A DNA stretch of 64,000 bases, taken from positions 1,364,001-1,428,000 of the forward strand of contig NW_027266300.1 in assembly GCF_022045235.1 (NCBI RefSeq). The letters are read 5' to 3'. Positions 63,073 through 64,000 of this stretch are shown here, piece after piece; within the stretch, counting starts at the first letter, position 1, and each line of letters starts with the position of its first letter. This DNA is from Haliotis cracherodii. Lineage: Eukaryota. The notes beneath the pieces were generated by a model that saw only the letters and a program-made list of their open reading frames with translations, was not told the origin of the DNA and made no database searches. Both the position numbers and the translations under genes were made by a program.

Positions 63073-64000
63073 CCAAAGCAACCCCCCCCCCCCCCCCAAA
63101 CAGAATAGATATGTTAGTCTCAATATGAACTGTGGAATAACTGAGTTAAAGCCCTGGCAGGTTTACTAACAGTGCAACATTGTTTCACTAATGGCAAGGG
63201 GAGGGGAAGGGGGAGGCTAAGGGAAGCTAAGGAAGGGAAGGGAAGGGAAGTGTAGGTGGGGGTTAGTGTTGTGGGAAGGAAAGGAACATGCATAATTTTA
63301 CTCTCTTCTATACGTCGTCGACAATGGCCACAATCCCACAGGTGAACTGCCTCCTTTAAATCACTGCATCGTACATGCAGGCATAATATGACATTGACAT
63401 TGAACACGAAGAAAGAGTGAACAGAAACTGAAGCTCTCTCGTGTGACGGAGCACTTTTGGATTTTCTGTTGCTGCAAAGACAATTTACCTTGGCACGTGC
63501 TGCTCAATGCAACCTAAATATAACCTACCTACACAATGTGAAAAGAACTCTTCATATTCCTCTCTGGGATAATAAGCAATGGGCGACTTTAGGTGACAGG
63601 CGCAAGGGAGCAATGGCTGCGAGGAAGCCGTACAATTCTGAATGGAAGGAAATGAACGCAATAGGACGTTGGCAGCGTTATGATGGCCCCTAAACAGACA
63701 ACTAGATACATCTTAGGAAAAACGACAAGGACCCAGATCAATGTAAATAGCACGCAAGCTAGTAGTAAAGCTGTTTTGTGAAATTTTGTGAAATGAATTC
63801 TCCCAGGTGTGGCGTATTCGTGGGCCGTCGTTGATAAAAACTAGTTCCGAAAAAATGAAAATGATCGTTCCCCATTTTGGGATTGTTAGTAGTGTATGGA
63901 ACATTCTGTTCAATTATTCAGCCGCTGTTATTTGTCCAAACTGTCTATAATCGCTACTCGGCACTGTGCGAAAATTTGCACTAATTTCTCTTTTCTGGGG

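Overview
Eukaryotic (animal) genomic DNA, very repeat-rich. The SINE repertoire with (ACTC)n/(AAAC)n tails suggests a gastropod mollusc such as abalone (inference). Host genes: (i) the last three coding exons of a GH18 chitinase with a C-terminal CBM14 chitin-binding domain (+; 835-957, 3947-4133, 6019-6203); (ii) an intact, intronless 445-aa tryptophanase/tyrosine phenol-lyase (TPL) family PLP enzyme (-; 15349-16686). The lyase looks bacterial in origin but lies among host repeats and has a spliceosomal acceptor 3 nt before its ATG. It keeps the PLP-binding residues but has lost the catalytic Tyr and the substrate-specificity residues, so it is a candidate domesticated, neofunctionalised horizontally acquired enzyme. 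Its non-coding first exons may lie about 40 kb away at a putative bidirectional promoter (56.2-57.9 kb). The rest is mobile or repetitive DNA. This includes a 7.6-kb internally deleted Polinton/Maverick (AGTAGT...ACTACT ends, ~620-bp TIRs, GATGTG TSD, remnants of capsid, adenain-like protease and PC4-like genes), Tc1, MULE, hAT/Tc1/Harbinger-type MITEs, pearl/HINE-like elements, I/Nimb-, R4- and CR1-like LINE relics, four SINE families and several minisatellites. One minisatellite is built from a chitinase splice acceptor. All alignments were done by eye from remembered family motifs.
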